From the NCBI GenBank assembly GCA_016748015.1, contig JAAOMT010000503.1, positions 397,669-461,668 of the forward strand: a DNA stretch of 64,000 bases. The letters run 5' to 3'. The notes beneath the pieces are model-generated. The model did not search any database, was not told the origin of the DNA, and saw nothing but the letters and a program-made list of their open reading frames with translations. Shown piece after piece: positions 1-13,554 of the stretch. The DNA is from Geosiphon pyriformis uo1. Lineage: Eukaryota; Fungi; Glomeromycota. The number at the start of each line of letters is the position of its first letter. Positions within the stretch are counted from its first letter, which is position 1. The position numbers and the translations under genes were made by a program.

Positions 1-2976
1 GAGTTATGATAATGTATTTACTAAGGAATCTTCTAAGTTTCACAAGCTAGAACTTTTGGTGTCTAAACTAGTTAAAGCATCATGTTTGGTTTCCTCTGAA
101 GAATTTGTTGCATTACTGGGTACATGGAACTTGTTAGACGCTACAAATGTTTCTGTGGTGGAGTCTCTTTTTCTTTCAGGGTCGCATTTTGAGGTTATAA
201 GATCTGTCTTGTTCAGAGTCAGGAAGTTGTATCATTCCTCTAAATTGTCCAAGTCAAAGCATGCTGAAAAATTTCGTATTAGATTGGTAGTTAGTAGGAG
301 GATAGAAAGTTTTGAGGTGAATAAGGGTCATACAATTAGGAGTGTGCTAAAGCACCCCTTTCACAAGGTAGTATTGGATCACTTGGTTGTCAATGATGAA
401 CTGGTTTTGGATCCTAATTTAGTTAAATTTAAGGTGGATATTATCATGGAAGACTGGACCAGAAAACGCAAGTTGGTCACTGATATCTCTGCTGATTGGT
501 GTCGTCAATACCAACCCTTGGAGTACATATTTGATGATGCATTTTCGAGAATAATGGACCCTATTAGTTCTGTTGAGTTGCTTGATGTTGTTTTGGATTT
601 GTCTAATGATAAGGCTACTGGTTTGTCTGGTATTTCAAACGAGCTTTGGAAGCATTGTGATGAATCAGTTCTGGATATGTTGTTGGTGTTCTTAAACTCT
701 TGTTTGCTCTGTGAGTCAATTTTTGGTCTTTGAAAGGAAGCCTGGGTGTCTATGATTCCCAAGCCTTATGAGTGGGAGGGAGTTCTTATGAACACCCAAC
801 CCATTGTTTTGATTGAAACCACTTGTAAGATTCTTTCAAAGATCCTCTCAAACAGGATTTCTTTGGCATGCAATACTCACAACATTCTCCACGGGTACAA
901 TTTTTTGGTTTTGAAAAATACAATGACACAGTCTCCTATCTTTGCTGTCAGCTCTGTGGTTGAGGATACTCTGGAAAAGAACTGTGAGCTTTGGCTGATA
1001 TTGCAGAACATGAAGAAGGCCTATGATTCTGTTGGCTGGGAGCATTTAAAAAAGAGTCTGATTAGGATTAAAATGTGTGGCAGATTCATTCGATTTTTTG
1101 GTGGCATTCACAATAACTGAGTCAACAGAGTAATGACTGATTTTGGCTTAACTAATAGTTATCAAGTCCATGATGGTCTCGATCAAGGGGAAGTGTTCTC
1201 ACCTCTTCTCTGGCATATATTTTATGATTCNNNNNNNNNNNNNNNNNNNNNNNNNNNNNNNNNNNNNNNNNNNNNNNNNNNNNNNNNNNNNNNNNNNNNN
1301 NNNNNNNNNNNNNNNNNNNNNNNNNNNNNNNNNNNNNNNNNNNNNNNNNNNNNNNNNNNNNNNNNNNNNNNNNNNNNNNNNNNNNNNNNNNNNNNNNNNN
1401 NNNNNNNNNNNNNNNNNNNNNNNNNNNNNNNNNNNNNNNNNNNNNNNNNNNNNNNNNNNNNNNNNNNNNNNNNNNNNNNNNNNNNNNNNNNNNNNNNNNN
1501 NNNNNNNNNNNNNNNNNNNNNNNNNNNNNNNNNNNNNNNNNNNNNNNNNNNNNNNNNNNNNNNNNNNNNNNNNNNNNNNNNNNNNNNNNNNNNNNNNNNN
1601 NNNNNNNNNNNNNNNNNNNNNNNNNNNNNNNNNNNNNNNNNNNNNNNNNNNNNNNNNNNNNNNNNNNNNNNNNNNNNNNNNNNNNNNNNNNNNNNNNNNN
1701 NNNNNNNNNNNNNNNNNNNNNNNNNNNNNNNNNNNNNNNNNNNNNNNNNNNNNNNNNNNNNNNNNNNNNNNNNNNNNNNNNNNNNNNNNNNNNNNNNNNN
1801 NNNNNNNNNNNNNNNNNNNNNNNNNNNNNNNNNNNNNNNNNNNNNNNNNNNNNNNNNNNNNNNNNNNNNNNNNNNNNNNNNNNNNNNNNNNNNNNNNNNN
1901 NNNNNNNNNNNNNNNNNNNNNNNNNNNNNNNNNNNNNNNNNNNNNNNNNNNNNNNNNNNNNNNNNNNNNNNNNNNNNNNNNNNNNNNNNNNNNNNNNNNN
2001 NNNNNNNNNNNNNNNNNNNNNNNNNNNNNNNNNNNNNNNNNNNNNNNNNNNNNNNNNNNNNNNNNNNNNNNNNNNNNNNNNNNNNNNNNNNNNNNNNCCC
2101 CCCCCCCCCCCCCGGCTGAATGAGCAGTTCATCCTGGCTGGTGGTAGTTCTGTTTCAGGTAATTCTAGGTATTTTGTGCATAACATTTATTGATCCATTC
2201 ACTGTTCACATTGGGGTTTCAGTTCGGGTACTAGAGTTGTTGCTGGCAAATTGCTCACTGATATCAATTGATGCAGGTCTTCTTTTGTTTGGCATTCCGA
2301 TTCACACATGACTGCTGACTTTACCAGTATACGGACTGCTGGTTTGCACACATATTTTATGAAAGCTCTGCATCATAGACTGCCTGTGACCATTCACAAA
2401 TGCCTTTATAATAGAAGTTACCCTAGTGTGGTTTGCTTGTATTGTGAATATGTAGAGGTCTTGGACCATGTCTTTTCCTGTGATTCTGACTTTGCTAGTC
2501 GTGATTGGCTGCTTGGTGATTTTGCAGTTAAATAGGAAAATATTTTTGGCCTTTATTGTCCTTCTTCTTATGTGCTGCGAACTCTTTCTTCATGTGTTAT
2601 TAACACCTCAGTCCATGTTGCTCTATGCAAAAGCTTTGTTTTTAATAATTGGTTTTTTGAGGTGGTTTCTGTTTTTGGTGATTTGAAACTTGCTGGTGTG
2701 AAGATTGTGGACTTTGTCTGTGATTTTTGCCTAGCTTTTAGAAATAAGGTTTGGTTGGTTCGTGTTAAACATCGTGCATTTATGGAGAAACATGGGTTGA
2801 TTCCTCGAGACGGTTCTATGCCAGCTGCTATTTCTGGTCTGTTTTCACTGTATTTGGCTGGGATTGTCAGGTTGTTGGGTATTGATGATGCATTGGGTGT
2901 TAAGTTTGGTTTGTGTAAATTTAATTTGTTCATTTCAGGTGCTTTAAATGCGGTTTCCATTCATATAAATGCATAG
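1..2976 (+). pseudogene. LINE ORF2 remnant (RT N-terminal part, C-terminal Zn finger), interrupted by stops and an assembly gap
   Basis: ORF-track fragments 56-733, 746-1120, 1133-1230, 2308-2535 and 2572-2976. Stops fall at Trp/Arg codons (TGA/TAG). Confidence 0.9.
1231..2097. other. Assembly gap (867 N) followed by a C16 run
   Basis: N run seen directly; poly-C at 2098-2113. Confidence 0.99.
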
Positions 2977-3346
2977 TGTTGTTCTGATTGGCCTAAGTGG
3001 CTAGTCACGTATAGAAAATGCATGATTCACACCTAATTTAGATCAATTATTTGATGTATAATATTAGGTAGTATTTGAACTTCATTCAATAAATGTAAAA
3101 AAAAAAATGTTTATAATTCATACTTGTAATATTTAATAATTCATAACTTTTTACTATTAGTATAAGTTATTTTAAATGTTAAATTTTTTAAAATTGATTT
3201 TCAAATCCATTAAAGAATAAAAAATTTAAATCTAACAATGAATTTTTAATTTAAATTCTGCTAATTCTGATAAAATTGCAGTAAAACAAACTAATATTTC
3301 TATAATTAAAACTGTTATATAATAATGTAATATTATTTGTTCAACA

Positions 3347-3838
3347 AAATAATTATTAATTATATAAGTAATCAAATCAGAGTTTTAAATTATTCTAAGT
3401 TCTAAATTATTATTAATTATATGAATAATTAAGTTAGAATTTTAAATTGTTCTAAGTTTTAAATTATTATTAATCTTATAAATAATTAAGTCAGAATTTC
3501 AAATTGTTTCAAGTTCTAAATTATTATTAATTATATAAATAATCAAGTTAGAGTTTCAAATTGTCTCAAGTTCTAAATTATTATTGATTATATAAATAAT
3601 TAAATTAGAGTTTTGAATTGTTCCAAGTTTTAAATTATTATTAATTGTATAAATAATTAAGTTAAAGTTTTAAATTGTCTTAAGTTCTAAATTATTATTA
3701 ATTATATGAATAATTAAGTTAGAGTTTTGAATTGTTTCAAGCTTTAAATTATTATTAATTGTATAAGTAATCAAATTAGAGTTTTAAATTGTTTTAAGTT
3801 TTAATTTAATATCAATTATATAAATAATCAAGTCAAAT
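3347..3838. repeat. 57-bp tandem repeat, about 8.5 diverged copies
   Basis: AAATTATTAT recurs at 3404, 3461, 3518 and onward (period 57). Unit is roughly AAATTATTATTAATTATATAAATAATCAAGTTAGAGTTTTAAATTGTTCTAAGTTCT. Confidence 0.93.
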
Positions 3839-3901
3839 TTTTGGATCAGTTTTATCTAATTAGAGTTTTAATTATACTTTTTTTTGTTTTTTAATTTTAT
3901 C

Positions 3902-4633
3902 ATGTCTAATAGCAAAAAACATACTATCTTTTTAGCTTATATTCCATAAAGTTATAAAAATGCTACACTTTATAATAAGCTTATAATGCTTAATTAATAT
4001 TATACAAATGATAAAAACCAATCAAAAACTGCAAAACATTTTAAAAAAAACAGTTTTCTATATATAAAATAGTATTTAATTTTGGCTTGGATCAAAGATA
4101 AACCAAATTTTTGTTCATAAGCAAATATAATATATGACTTAACTAATAAGTATATATGCATAGTATGTAATCCTAACTTTAATAAAGCATTTGTTATTTT
4201 TGTTTAAAAAGCAAAATTACATAAAATAATACTTATTAGAAATATAATTCGAGCTGTTGGCATAAAGTTTTATAATCAATTGGATATTTTAGAAAATAAG
4301 CACCAAAAACTATTTAATAATTGGCTTAAGAGCTTTAAAAATCATATTAAATTGCATTTACTTTACTTTCATAGTAATGTATCATCAGCCAATATTAAAC
4401 ATATTAAAGATAAATAAATATATGTAATAATACTTCTTGTTAATTAGAAATTATGTAATATTTTTAACATAGATAAAACTGTATTATTTTATATTATATT
4501 ACCAAATTAAGATCTTACTACAATATTATATTATGACACCAAACAATTAAAAGTGTGACTAATATTTGCTTTTACAATTAATACTAATAAAATTAAGTGT
4601 TTGTCATCATTTATTATTGATTATGCTAAATGT
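3902..4633 (+). pseudogene. pogo/Tigger-type transposase fossil, N-terminal half (CENP-B-type HTH and first DDE Asp region)
   Basis: Hand translation gives NNWLKSFKNH (cf. SNGWLxxFKxR), IFNIDKTVLFY (cf. IFNMDETGLFY) and FAFTINTNKIKCLSSFIIDYAK (cf. NADGxEKLPPLxIGK). Cut by Gypsy A. Confidence 0.8.
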
Positions 4634-5606
4634 TGTTACTGGAGGTTTTTGGTCTTTTTTTTTGAATGTTGTTAATGTTAATTTGCTGTGAATTCACATT
4701 TCCAGGAAGTAGTTGGACTTCCAGTAACTGAATTTATTTTCAAATTATCTCCTATAATTTGAACTGCTGGACTTATAAGTAGAATGGCCAATTTCTTGCC
4801 AGTTACTTTATGTAGTTATGTTGTAATAAATGTCAACTCTTTTCCAGAAATTGCTCATCTGGAAGCTCACTAAAAATGTGTAGTTACTTTGCTGTAAAAG
4901 TCAACTCTTCTACAGGAATTTCATCTGTAGACTACCCAAATAATTATAATAAGAAAAAAAAAGAAATATAAAAGAAATATAAAAGAAATAGAATTCTGTC
5001 AAGGGAAACGTTTTCTATCCAGGCCTAGAGTCACTAACAGTTTATTGAAATTGGTAGCTAATCAATTTCAAAACATTAGTTGTGTTAAGGAAATTTCAAG
5101 TGTAATAATTTAAGAATTTGGTTTTCGAATATTTAATTTTTATTTGATTTTGTAAAAAGGTGATTTGTTTCAATTAAGATATCTAAAGTAGGATGCTATG
5201 GTAAGATACTATGAGAAGATATATTTTCCTGAAAAGAGAAGCTTTTCTTTTATACAACTTGTTGTAGTACTATTTTTTGAACTTGCACTTTTCTTTTTTC
5301 TTCAATTTGGATGAACTAAAGATATATTTCGGCAAATTTACAAGTTATTTCACTGAACTATTGATTATTTCGGCAAATTTTCATTAATTTCGGCGAATTT
5401 TGGCTATGTTAAATGGTTTAGGGTATTGTGTAATTTGATCATCTTAATTTCTAGAGTACAAATTGGATTATTGATTGAGTAATAATATTTGATAATTTGA
5501 TTAAATAATAAGTAATACTCGAAATAATAATAATATATGCTACTTAATAATAGGAATTATAAAGGTAATTTCATGCTAATTAATAGCTAAAATTCCACTA
5601 ATAACA
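4634..5606 (-). repeat. Gypsy A 3' LTR
   Basis: Direct repeat of 13555-14527; preceded on the element strand by PPT GAGGAGGAAATTA (5619-5607). Confidence 0.96.
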
Positions 5607-6294
5607 TAATTTCCTCCTCAAGACTGAGCTCTGTTGAAGTCCAAGTACTATCTGTGATATTTAGATAGTGGTCCAAAATAATTGAAGTGATCTGATCTGA
5701 AAATTGTTGAAATTTCAGTTCTGTGAGTTTTCCAATGTATTGAATCTTTATTGGATGGAGTATTGAATTTTGTAGAATATTTTCACAAGTGTTGAATAAA
5801 TCATAGAGTCTAAATGCTGCTCTAAGTTTGTAGCAAGTGTTTGTTGGTCCGGCTGCTATTTTGAATTCATTATAAATTTGTTTCTGTATAGTTTCAGGAG
5901 TGATGTTGGTTGCTTCAAGTTCTAGTTTTCGTTCATAAAGTGTTTTTCCAATATGAAAATATCTATATATAAGGATATGTTCATTGTTCTGTCTATTAAG
6001 GAATAGTAGAAGTTTTTGTTGCATTGTGACATTTGGTGGAATGTCAATAGAAGCAATTAAAAGATTTTCTTTTAGTGCTTGCTTCAAAAGTTCTGGTAAC
6101 CTATTTCCAAAGTAACCTCTTGTTTTTTTTCTATAAGGGTAATAGTTTTGAGAAATATTTACTATTGGGGCTGTGGTTTCTTTCTGAATGTAATTAATTT
6201 GACTTCTATTAATTGTTATAAATAAGTCAAGAAGTGTTTTCAAAGTTAACATTAATTTTTGGGATATTTGTTGAATATTTCGGAGAATAATTAT
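5587..6294 (-). CDS. Gypsy A ORF3 (unknown ~235-aa protein; start codon decayed ATG>ATA)
   Basis: Open frame 5587-6252 extends to ATA at 6294. Same length (708 nt) as, and closely similar to, C ORF3 at 40383-41090. Confidence 0.8.
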   Translation of the reverse strand: MIILRNIQQISQKLMLTLKTLLDLFITINRSQINYIQKETTAPIVNISQNYYPYRKKTRGYFGNRLPELLKQALKENLLIASIDIPPNVTMQQKLLLFLNRQNNEHILIYRYFHIGKTLYERKLELEATNITPETIQKQIYNEFKIAAGPTNTCYKLRAAFRLYDLFNTCENILQNSILHPIKIQYIGKLTELKFQQFSDQITSIILDHYLNITDSTWTSTELSLEEEIMLLVEF

Positions 6295-6461
6295 GATAAA
6301 AATGACTAATTAATAACAAAGTTTAAAAAGAATAACGAAAATTATTTTTGGGTATAGGGTTTTTATTTGTTTTTGGGTTAAAATGTTTCTTTGTAATTAT
6401 TTACTATTTTTGATTTTATGTTTTGTGAGTTATTAAAAAATTATTGTAAAATTATGTTGAA

Positions 6462-7847
6462 TTAAGTATTCAAGTTTGGCTGTTGTTTTATTATAATTAT
6501 TGGTTCTAAATTTCGGGGAATATCTTCAGGATTAACTAAAAGAGAATGTGTATTAATTTGTGAAATTAATGGTTCAGGATTGTTTCTGGAATGATAGTGT
6601 TTTAATTTATCTCCATGTGCAATTTTTGTTAGTATCTTGTCATCAAGTCTTAACTTATATGATCCATTGCCTAGAATTTTGTGAATATAAAATGGTCCAT
6701 TCTATTTGTTTTCAAATTTTCTACTCCATTGTTTTTCAGTCTTAGTTCTGTGTAGGAGAACTTTATTTTCAACTTTAAATTTGTTGATTATGAGTGGTAA
6801 TTTGTTGTCATGTCTTTTTTTTTGTTGAGCTTGGGAATGTTCAATATAAGTTGCTGCTATCCTTTTTTTTCCTTTCAGTGTACTAAAAAGAGTATAAGCC
6901 CTTCTTTGAAGTGTTTTTTGAAAGTTTTTTTCATTGATTGGTTGCACTGGATATGTTTCTACTGTGAAATTAATTGGTAGTGTTGCTGTTTTTCCATAAG
7001 TAAAATCAAATGGTATGTGTTTCATAGTATCTTGTTTTAGTGTTCTGTATGCTAGTAACACTGATGGAATAAAGATATCTCATTTCTGTTCAAAATCTGT
7101 TAAGACTTTGGCTAAAGATTTACACAATGTTTTGTTGAAATGTTCTACAAATCTATTTGTTTGAGAGTGATAAGGTAATAATAGAGGTCTTTTGATATTG
7201 AATTGTTCACAAATTTTTTGTATTAAGTTGTTCACAAAATGTGTTCCTTAATCAAACAAAAGTTTAATTGGACATCCATGTCTACAAATAATGTCTTCAT
7301 AGATGAAATTTGCTACTGATTTTGCATTTGCTCTTTGAATGGCTTTAGCTTTAGGCCATTTGGTGAGATAATCTACTGCAACTGCAATATAACAATTTCC
7401 TTGGGTTGTAATAAGTAGTGGTCTGACTAAATCAATTCCAACTCTGTCAAAAGGTTGTCCAACTTTAATTGGATTTAAAGATTTTGTGCGGTGAGTTCCT
7501 TCTTTTCTTTGACAACTATCACAAGATTCTACATATTGTTAAATGTTTTTTTGCATGTGTGGCCAAAAGTAATGTTCAAGAGTTCTTTGGATTGTTTCAT
7601 CTCTTCCCAAGTGTGCTGAAGATGGGTCTGTGTGTATGTTGTATAGGATTGTTTCTTTTTTATTCTTCTGTACTAATTTGAGTGGTTGGTTTGGGTTTCT
7701 ACAATTTTTGTAATAAATTTTGTTGTAGTGTATAAAATATTGTTTGAATTGGTGTTGTAACTGATGTTTTTCACTTGAAGACCAATCTTCTAGTATGGTA
7801 AGAGTCTCCAAATAGTTTTTAAGATTGTTGTAATTTCTGTAATTTAT
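6462..7847 (-). pseudogene. Gypsy A integrase (HHCC, DDE core, GPF motif), separate ORF
   Basis: HTDPSSAHLG...CDSCQ, VGIDLV, GTHF, and GPFYIH motifs; 1386 nt, the same as the C integrase. Confidence 0.88.
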
Positions 7848-7902
7848 TATTGTTTTGTTGTTTTGTTGGTTGTAGTAAGTTGTAATGGAATTGTTGGTGG
7901 TA

Positions 7903-10900
7903 TTAATTTTGTTTTATTCTTGAGAGGCTATTAATATTGGTGTGTAGTTTTCCTGGTTTGTAGTGTACAATATATTTGTAGTCTGCTAAAAAATCATTCC
8001 ATCGAAACTGTTTGGCACTTTGTTCAGTTTTCTTTTTATTGAGCTATTTGAGGCTAATGTTGTCAGTTATAATATCAAATTTTTTTCCATTCTTCAAGTA
8101 TTGTTGAAAGTGTTTAAGAGCCCAGATAACTGCAGTCGCTTCTAATTCAGTTGAGCCATATTTAAGTTCTGTTGGCTTGAGTGTTCTGCTGGTATAGACA
8201 ATAACTTGTTCTTGGCCATTTTTATTTAATTGTGATAAGATGATACCAAAAGCTATGTGTAAAGCATTAGTGGCTAGTTGGAACTGTTTGTTGAAGTCTG
8301 GGTAGGCAAGAACTGAAGCTGTTGTCAATCTTGTTTTGAAGGTTTCAAAAGCTTTTTGTTGTTCTTCTGTCTATTTGTATAGCACATTTTTGTTGGTGAG
8401 ATAATTGAGTGGTTTGGCAATTTTTGAGAATCTTTTGATGAATTTCCGATAGTAGGAGGCTAATTCTACAAATCTTTTTAGTTCTGTGGTGTTTTTGAAA
8501 GTTTGGAAGTTTTTGACAGCACTGATTGTTCCAGGATTTGGTTTGACTCCATCTTTGCTAACAATATGTCTAAGAAAGATTAAACTTGTTTTTCCAAAGT
8601 GATATTTCTCAATGTTTAATTTCAATTCTGCTTTCTATAATCATTGAAAAACTTTTCACAAGTGAATGAGATGGGCTTCAAAGCTTGGTGAGTATACATC
8701 AATGTTATCAAGGTAGATAACTACTGATTGCCACAGAAGTCCTTCATATATAACATCTATGAGTTGTTGGAATGTTGCTAGTGCATTGCAGAGTTCAAAA
8801 GACATAACATTGAACTCATAGTTTCCTTCTTGAGTGGTGAATGCTGTTTTGGGTCTATCTTTTGGATCCATTTCAACTTGCCAGTATCCACTTTCTAAGT
8901 CTAAAGTTGAGAAGAACTTGGCTTTTCCTAAAGCATCTAGCATGTTATCAATTTTTGGAAGAGGGTAGACATCTCCAATTGTAACATTATTCAGTTGTCT
9001 ATAATCAACACAGAATCTGATTTTTCTGTTTTTTTTTTTAACTAAAACTACTGGTGAGGCCCAAAAACTTCTTGATGGTTGAATCAATTCGTTATTGAGC
9101 ATTCTTTGGACCTTTTTTTTGATGAATTGGTGGCTGGCAAGTGACACTCAATAAGCTTATTGTCTTTTTAGTGAAGCATCTCCTGTGTGGATTTGATGTT
9201 GAACAATATTAGTTTTTCCAAGGTCATTGTTGTCTTTTGCAAATATATTTGCAAATTCAGCTATTAGCTGTTTCAATTGTCTTTGTTGTTGAGGTTCTAA
9301 GGGACCCATGTTAATTTGAGAGAGTTTTTCTTCCAAAAGATGGTAGTTTTTAGTGGTAGAGATGATGTTTGGATTTGGAAGTAGAGTGTGTCTTACAATT
9401 TCGATGAAATTAGAGACAATTTGAGAGTTTTCATCTTGAAAAATATTACTGTGTATGATTCCAATCTCTAATTTGTTCAATAGAACAATAGGGTAATTAT
9501 TGGGGTTGTAGAATGTAACTCGAAATTTCTTTATTCTTTTGGGAATATAAACATTTGGAATTGAGATTTCATGCTTCAAACAGATTTGTTTATTGGATTT
9601 AAAGATTTGTTGGGTAGTGGTGGGTTTTGAACAAGTGTAAATTTCGTGATATTCTCCAAAAGGTAAAATAATAATTGATTGGGAAAGTTGAAGAATCTGG
9701 TGAGATTCATTCTGTGTATTGAAAGCTATGTTTACTGGTACTGTAAATCGTCCAGTTGAACCCAAACCTTGCATTCCTCTTTCACTTTTTCCCAATTGTT
9801 TTCTGTTGTTAATTGATTGTAGACCCAAAATGTTGATTAAGGATAGGTAAATTGCTTGGGCAATTTTTTCAGCATGTTTAATCTTGAATGGTTTGTTTGT
9901 TTCATTCTGTAACATGATGGTAATGTCTTCAGTATATCCTGCATCTATAACTCCTCCTTTAATGTTGATTCTTTTGCTTGCCAATGATGATTTGGACGCA
10001 ATTTGAACCATTGCTCCAGATAGAATTTCAAGAGCAATTTTGAGATTGATTTTTCTTAAAGACTTTGGTTAGAGAACCAAAGTATTTTTTTCTGGATATC
10101 TTAAGTTATACCCAGCATCAATTTTGTGTGTTTTTTCTGGTCTGATTCTTTGGCCATGGTTGTCGAAATATTTAAGTTGTAGAGGTGGTTGATTTTTAAG
10201 AAGATAGATAAGGGTGGTTGGTAGTTCTTCTACCAGTTCAGATACTCCAAATTCGATTTCATTTTCATTATTTTTATCTGACAGGGAAATGCTAAGAGCA
10301 TAAACACTATTGGTCATTACAAGGCATAACACATTTTTCACATAATTAAATGTTCATTTGCTTTAATCGTTGAATTTGAGCTTTTTTGGTTGGGTATATA
10401 TGACTTGCAATTTGGTGGTAGGTTTTTACTTTATCTTTATAGTTGAGTTCAGCTAATTCTATTGTATACTTAATATATTCAGCTTCTTTTATTTGGTGAA
10501 CATCTTCTTGTGTGGCTCTATTGATTAATGCCATTGCTAAATCAAAAATTATTTCAGTATTATGAGGATAGTGGTAAAGTTTATTGAGAGTATTGTTGTA
10601 TGCTGCATCAAATAGTGTTCCTCTTCTGACTTTTTCCGAGATTGATAAAGCATATTGACAGGTCTGATCACATATTTTTCCTCTCATTGCAACATCAATC
10701 CAGTTGTATTCTTCTGATAGTATATCTCTACATATGAGACAAAATGTTTTGTCCCATTTTTCATTTCTTTTGGGATATCCAAATAATTCTCTATGGCATG
10801 CTTTGCAAAAGTAGTAGGTATGAGTTTCATATTCCTCTTTTGGAGAAATACAAGCTCTCATTGATAAAAGTTTCTTCTTGTAATCTTTGCATTTTAGTAG

Positions 10901-13509
10901 GATGTATGGTGGTTTTTTTCGTAGTTCTGGTGTGGAATATCTAACTTTCTTCTATCTTCTTGATTCTTCAAAAATCTCCTGTTCTGTTTCTTCAGCCCAA
11001 TTGGATGTTGATCCAAGAGTTATGTAGGTTTTAGTAAGTGGCATTTTTTTTTCCTCTTCAAATTCAAATACTGGGGCTTTTTCTGATCATTTGTTGAAAG
11101 TACCACAAGTAGCAGATACTATAGTGTATTGTCCTTGGTATGAGATTTTTAGTTCCTGAGTTTCCCAGTCTAAGTTTGTATTGGTCTTAAGAAGCCAATT
11201 ATTTCTGATCAGAGCTTGATATTGAGATGCATCCATAACTAGAACTTTGACTAGAATAGTGATTCCATCAATGATAAATGAGAAATTGTCAATTTCTCCT
11301 ACTGGTGTCTTTTTTATACCATCTGCTATAACAATTACAGTTTGGACTGGTCTGTCAACAGTTCTTTGAAGCTGTTGCATTAACTGGTAGGTGATAATAC
11401 TTCTAGTTGATCCACTGTCTAGAATTAATTGGATGGGCTTTTCTTCAACTATAGCTTCAGTGTACATGGCAGTAATAGCTTTTTGTTCATTAGCTGCTGC
11501 ATTACTAAGCAAGAATAGTAATTTATTTGCTTCAAATTCGAATGGGAATATATCTGAGAGGTTGGCATTTTGGGCAATTTGAGCTGGTGGAATGGTATTG
11601 TTGGAAGGATTTGATCTTGGTGCTGCAACTTTACCTTCAGAAAGTGCAAGTTGTTGAAAATTCGATCTTTCAGGCATTATAAGATAATTGGATTGAGTAT
11701 AATAGTGATTGGGTCTTTGTTGACCAGAATTTCGGAGAACCAACTAGTTATTTGGGTTGGTTCTGTTGTTGTTATTCTGAAATTGATTTTGAGGTGTGAA
11801 TTGGTTATGTTAAACCAATCTTCTGGCTGGTACCTGATATTGTTGAGTGGGTGGTGTCTGATATTGCTGAATTGGTAAAGATTGCTAATATTGTTGCTGC
11901 ATTAGTTGTGGAGCTGGTTGATAGTAATTGTTTTAATTTTGTGGTCTTGGTGAATAATAAGTTGGTGGTGGAGGTTGGTAATAAGATTGTTGTAGTGAAG
12001 AATAATGTTAATTACTCCTGTTTTGTTGGTCTCTTTGCAATTTTCTGCAATCTTGTTTCCAGTGTTCTGGAATTCCACAATAATGACAATTCTGAAATTG
12101 GTTATTGGATGATGATCCAAAGTTGTTTTGGTTTCATTGTTGTGGTGGTTGATATCTTTGTGGTTGCTGTTGCTGTTATTGTTGGTTGGTGAAATAGTTT
12201 TCAACTTTTTTTGTGAGTTGGTCTATTTTCTCTTTAGCTACTGAGCTGGTTTCTCCAATAGCTAGGTTGACAAGTTTGGTGTGGTTTGCTTCTTCCATTG
12301 TCATTTCATAATTTTTTGCATGTCTAATAGCAGTTGCTAAGTCTGCTGGTGCATGTGAACAGACTTTCTTAATCAATTTGTCTTTTAATCCTGCTATAAA
12401 CTGATCCAAAATCTGAGCATTGGAATAGTAGTTGTTGGTTTCTAATTGTCGAATTTGTCAAAGAAGTTTGTTGAATCTTCCAAGATAGGTCATGACAGTT
12501 TCAGATGTTTCTTGTTTGATATTGTGAAAGTGATTGTGGAGAGTAATAGAGATGTTGTTGTTAGTGAATTGTTGTAAGAAAGCATTTTTAAATGCTTGCC
12601 AGTTCTCAAATGGTTCTTCTAAATTTTCAAATCATTCTCTTAGAGAAAGTAGGGAATTGCTTTGAGCATTCTTGCTGCAATCCAACTATTTGCATCTTCT
12701 GCTTTTTGAACTTTGTCAAGCCATTCTTAAGGACTGGTATCATTATTTTTACCAGTAAACTCTGGGATTTTTGCAATGTAAGCAGTTGTCATTTCTTCTT
12801 CATTTTCTGTAGTTTCTTCTTGTTCTGATTCAGTTTCTTCACTTTCCAAGTTTTTTGATTGATTACTTTTGTTTTCTTGTAAGTACTTAATAATATTGGT
12901 GCTTGTTGATATGGGTTTTTGCTGTTGAATAGGATTTTTAGATAACTGATAATCTTTTGGTCTGGAGAAATGATTAAGTGGTGAACTTGGTGTTTGTAGT
13001 TGAACAAGTGAAATTGGAAATAGTGTAATAGAAAGTGGTAATTTGACACTGGTTCTTTGTTCAGGTGTTTGCAAGTGTTTGGCAGTTGTCTTTGGTAGTA
13101 TTGGAGTATTTGGGGTGGTTCTTAAGTATTGTTTCATGTTTTGTTTGCCTTTGTTGCTTGTTTCGGTTTCTGATTCAAAGTTAATAAAATATTGAGATTG
13201 TACTGAATATGTTTTTTCACAGTACTTGATAATGTTAAAATTAAGTTCTTGGAAGTAAGTGACAAGTGTTTTACTGTTAAGGTCTTCAGTTTCCAACTGT
13301 AAATAATGCACTAAATTATTGTAAAGATTACTTCTAACTTCTGAAATGTTGTAATCTCCAAGAAGATAATTGTTGATGTGGTTTTCAATGTATTAGTATA
13401 CTGATTTCTTGACAATTTCAATTCCGTCTGGGATGTTGAATTTTTGCTTGCAGTAGGTGTAAATTGACTGATAATACTCTAGAGTTGTTGTGTCTGGTGT
13501 GGTCGTCAT
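7903..13509 (-). pseudogene. Gypsy A gag-PR-Cys-rich-dUTPase-RT-RNase H polyprotein, fragmented
   Basis: IAKIPEFTG capsid start, CCHC knuckle, LILDSGS protease, RFCVDYRQLN / LDLESGYWQV / YLDN (decayed YLDD), RNase H STELEA. Ends SLSRIKQN* at 7905-7903. Confidence 0.92.
9751..10180 (-). pseudogene. dut: dUTPase domain in Gypsy A polyprotein
   Basis: DAGYNL, ASKSSLA, GGVIDAGYTE, KIAQAI and RGMQGLGSTG match the five motifs of homotrimeric dUTPases. Confidence 0.92.
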
Positions 13510-13554
13510 TTTGAATTTGTTGTTGCTGTGTTATTTCTGTGGAAGAGCACTAAA

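Larger units (their letters stand above)
1..3107 (+). mobile_element. LINE copy 1, 3' portion (5' end lies outside the window)
   Basis: ORF2 fragments colinear with LINE copies 2 and 3 (KAxGLSGISNELWKH, WVSMIPKPYEW, KAYDSVGW, GLDQGEVFSPLLW, C-terminal CLYC...DHVFSC). 3' UTR with AATAAA at 3088-3093 and an A11 tail at 3097-3107. Confidence 0.93.

Noticed and set aside
1133-2186. Long ORFs of 317-344 aa in the ORF track and the C16 run
   Set aside because: They only span the N gap. The poly-C at the contig edge is probably an artefact, and the gap is shorter than the equivalent interval in LINE copy 2.
3347-3838. CRISPR-like array (also considered for 18008-18187)
   Set aside because: Units are contiguous homologous repeats without unique spacers, there are no cas genes, and the context is eukaryotic TEs.
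11851-12204. Hydrophobic V/L-rich antisense and N-rich alternative-frame ORFs over gag (also 34474-34884)
   Set aside because: Shadow ORFs of the CAA-rich Gln/Asn gag linker.
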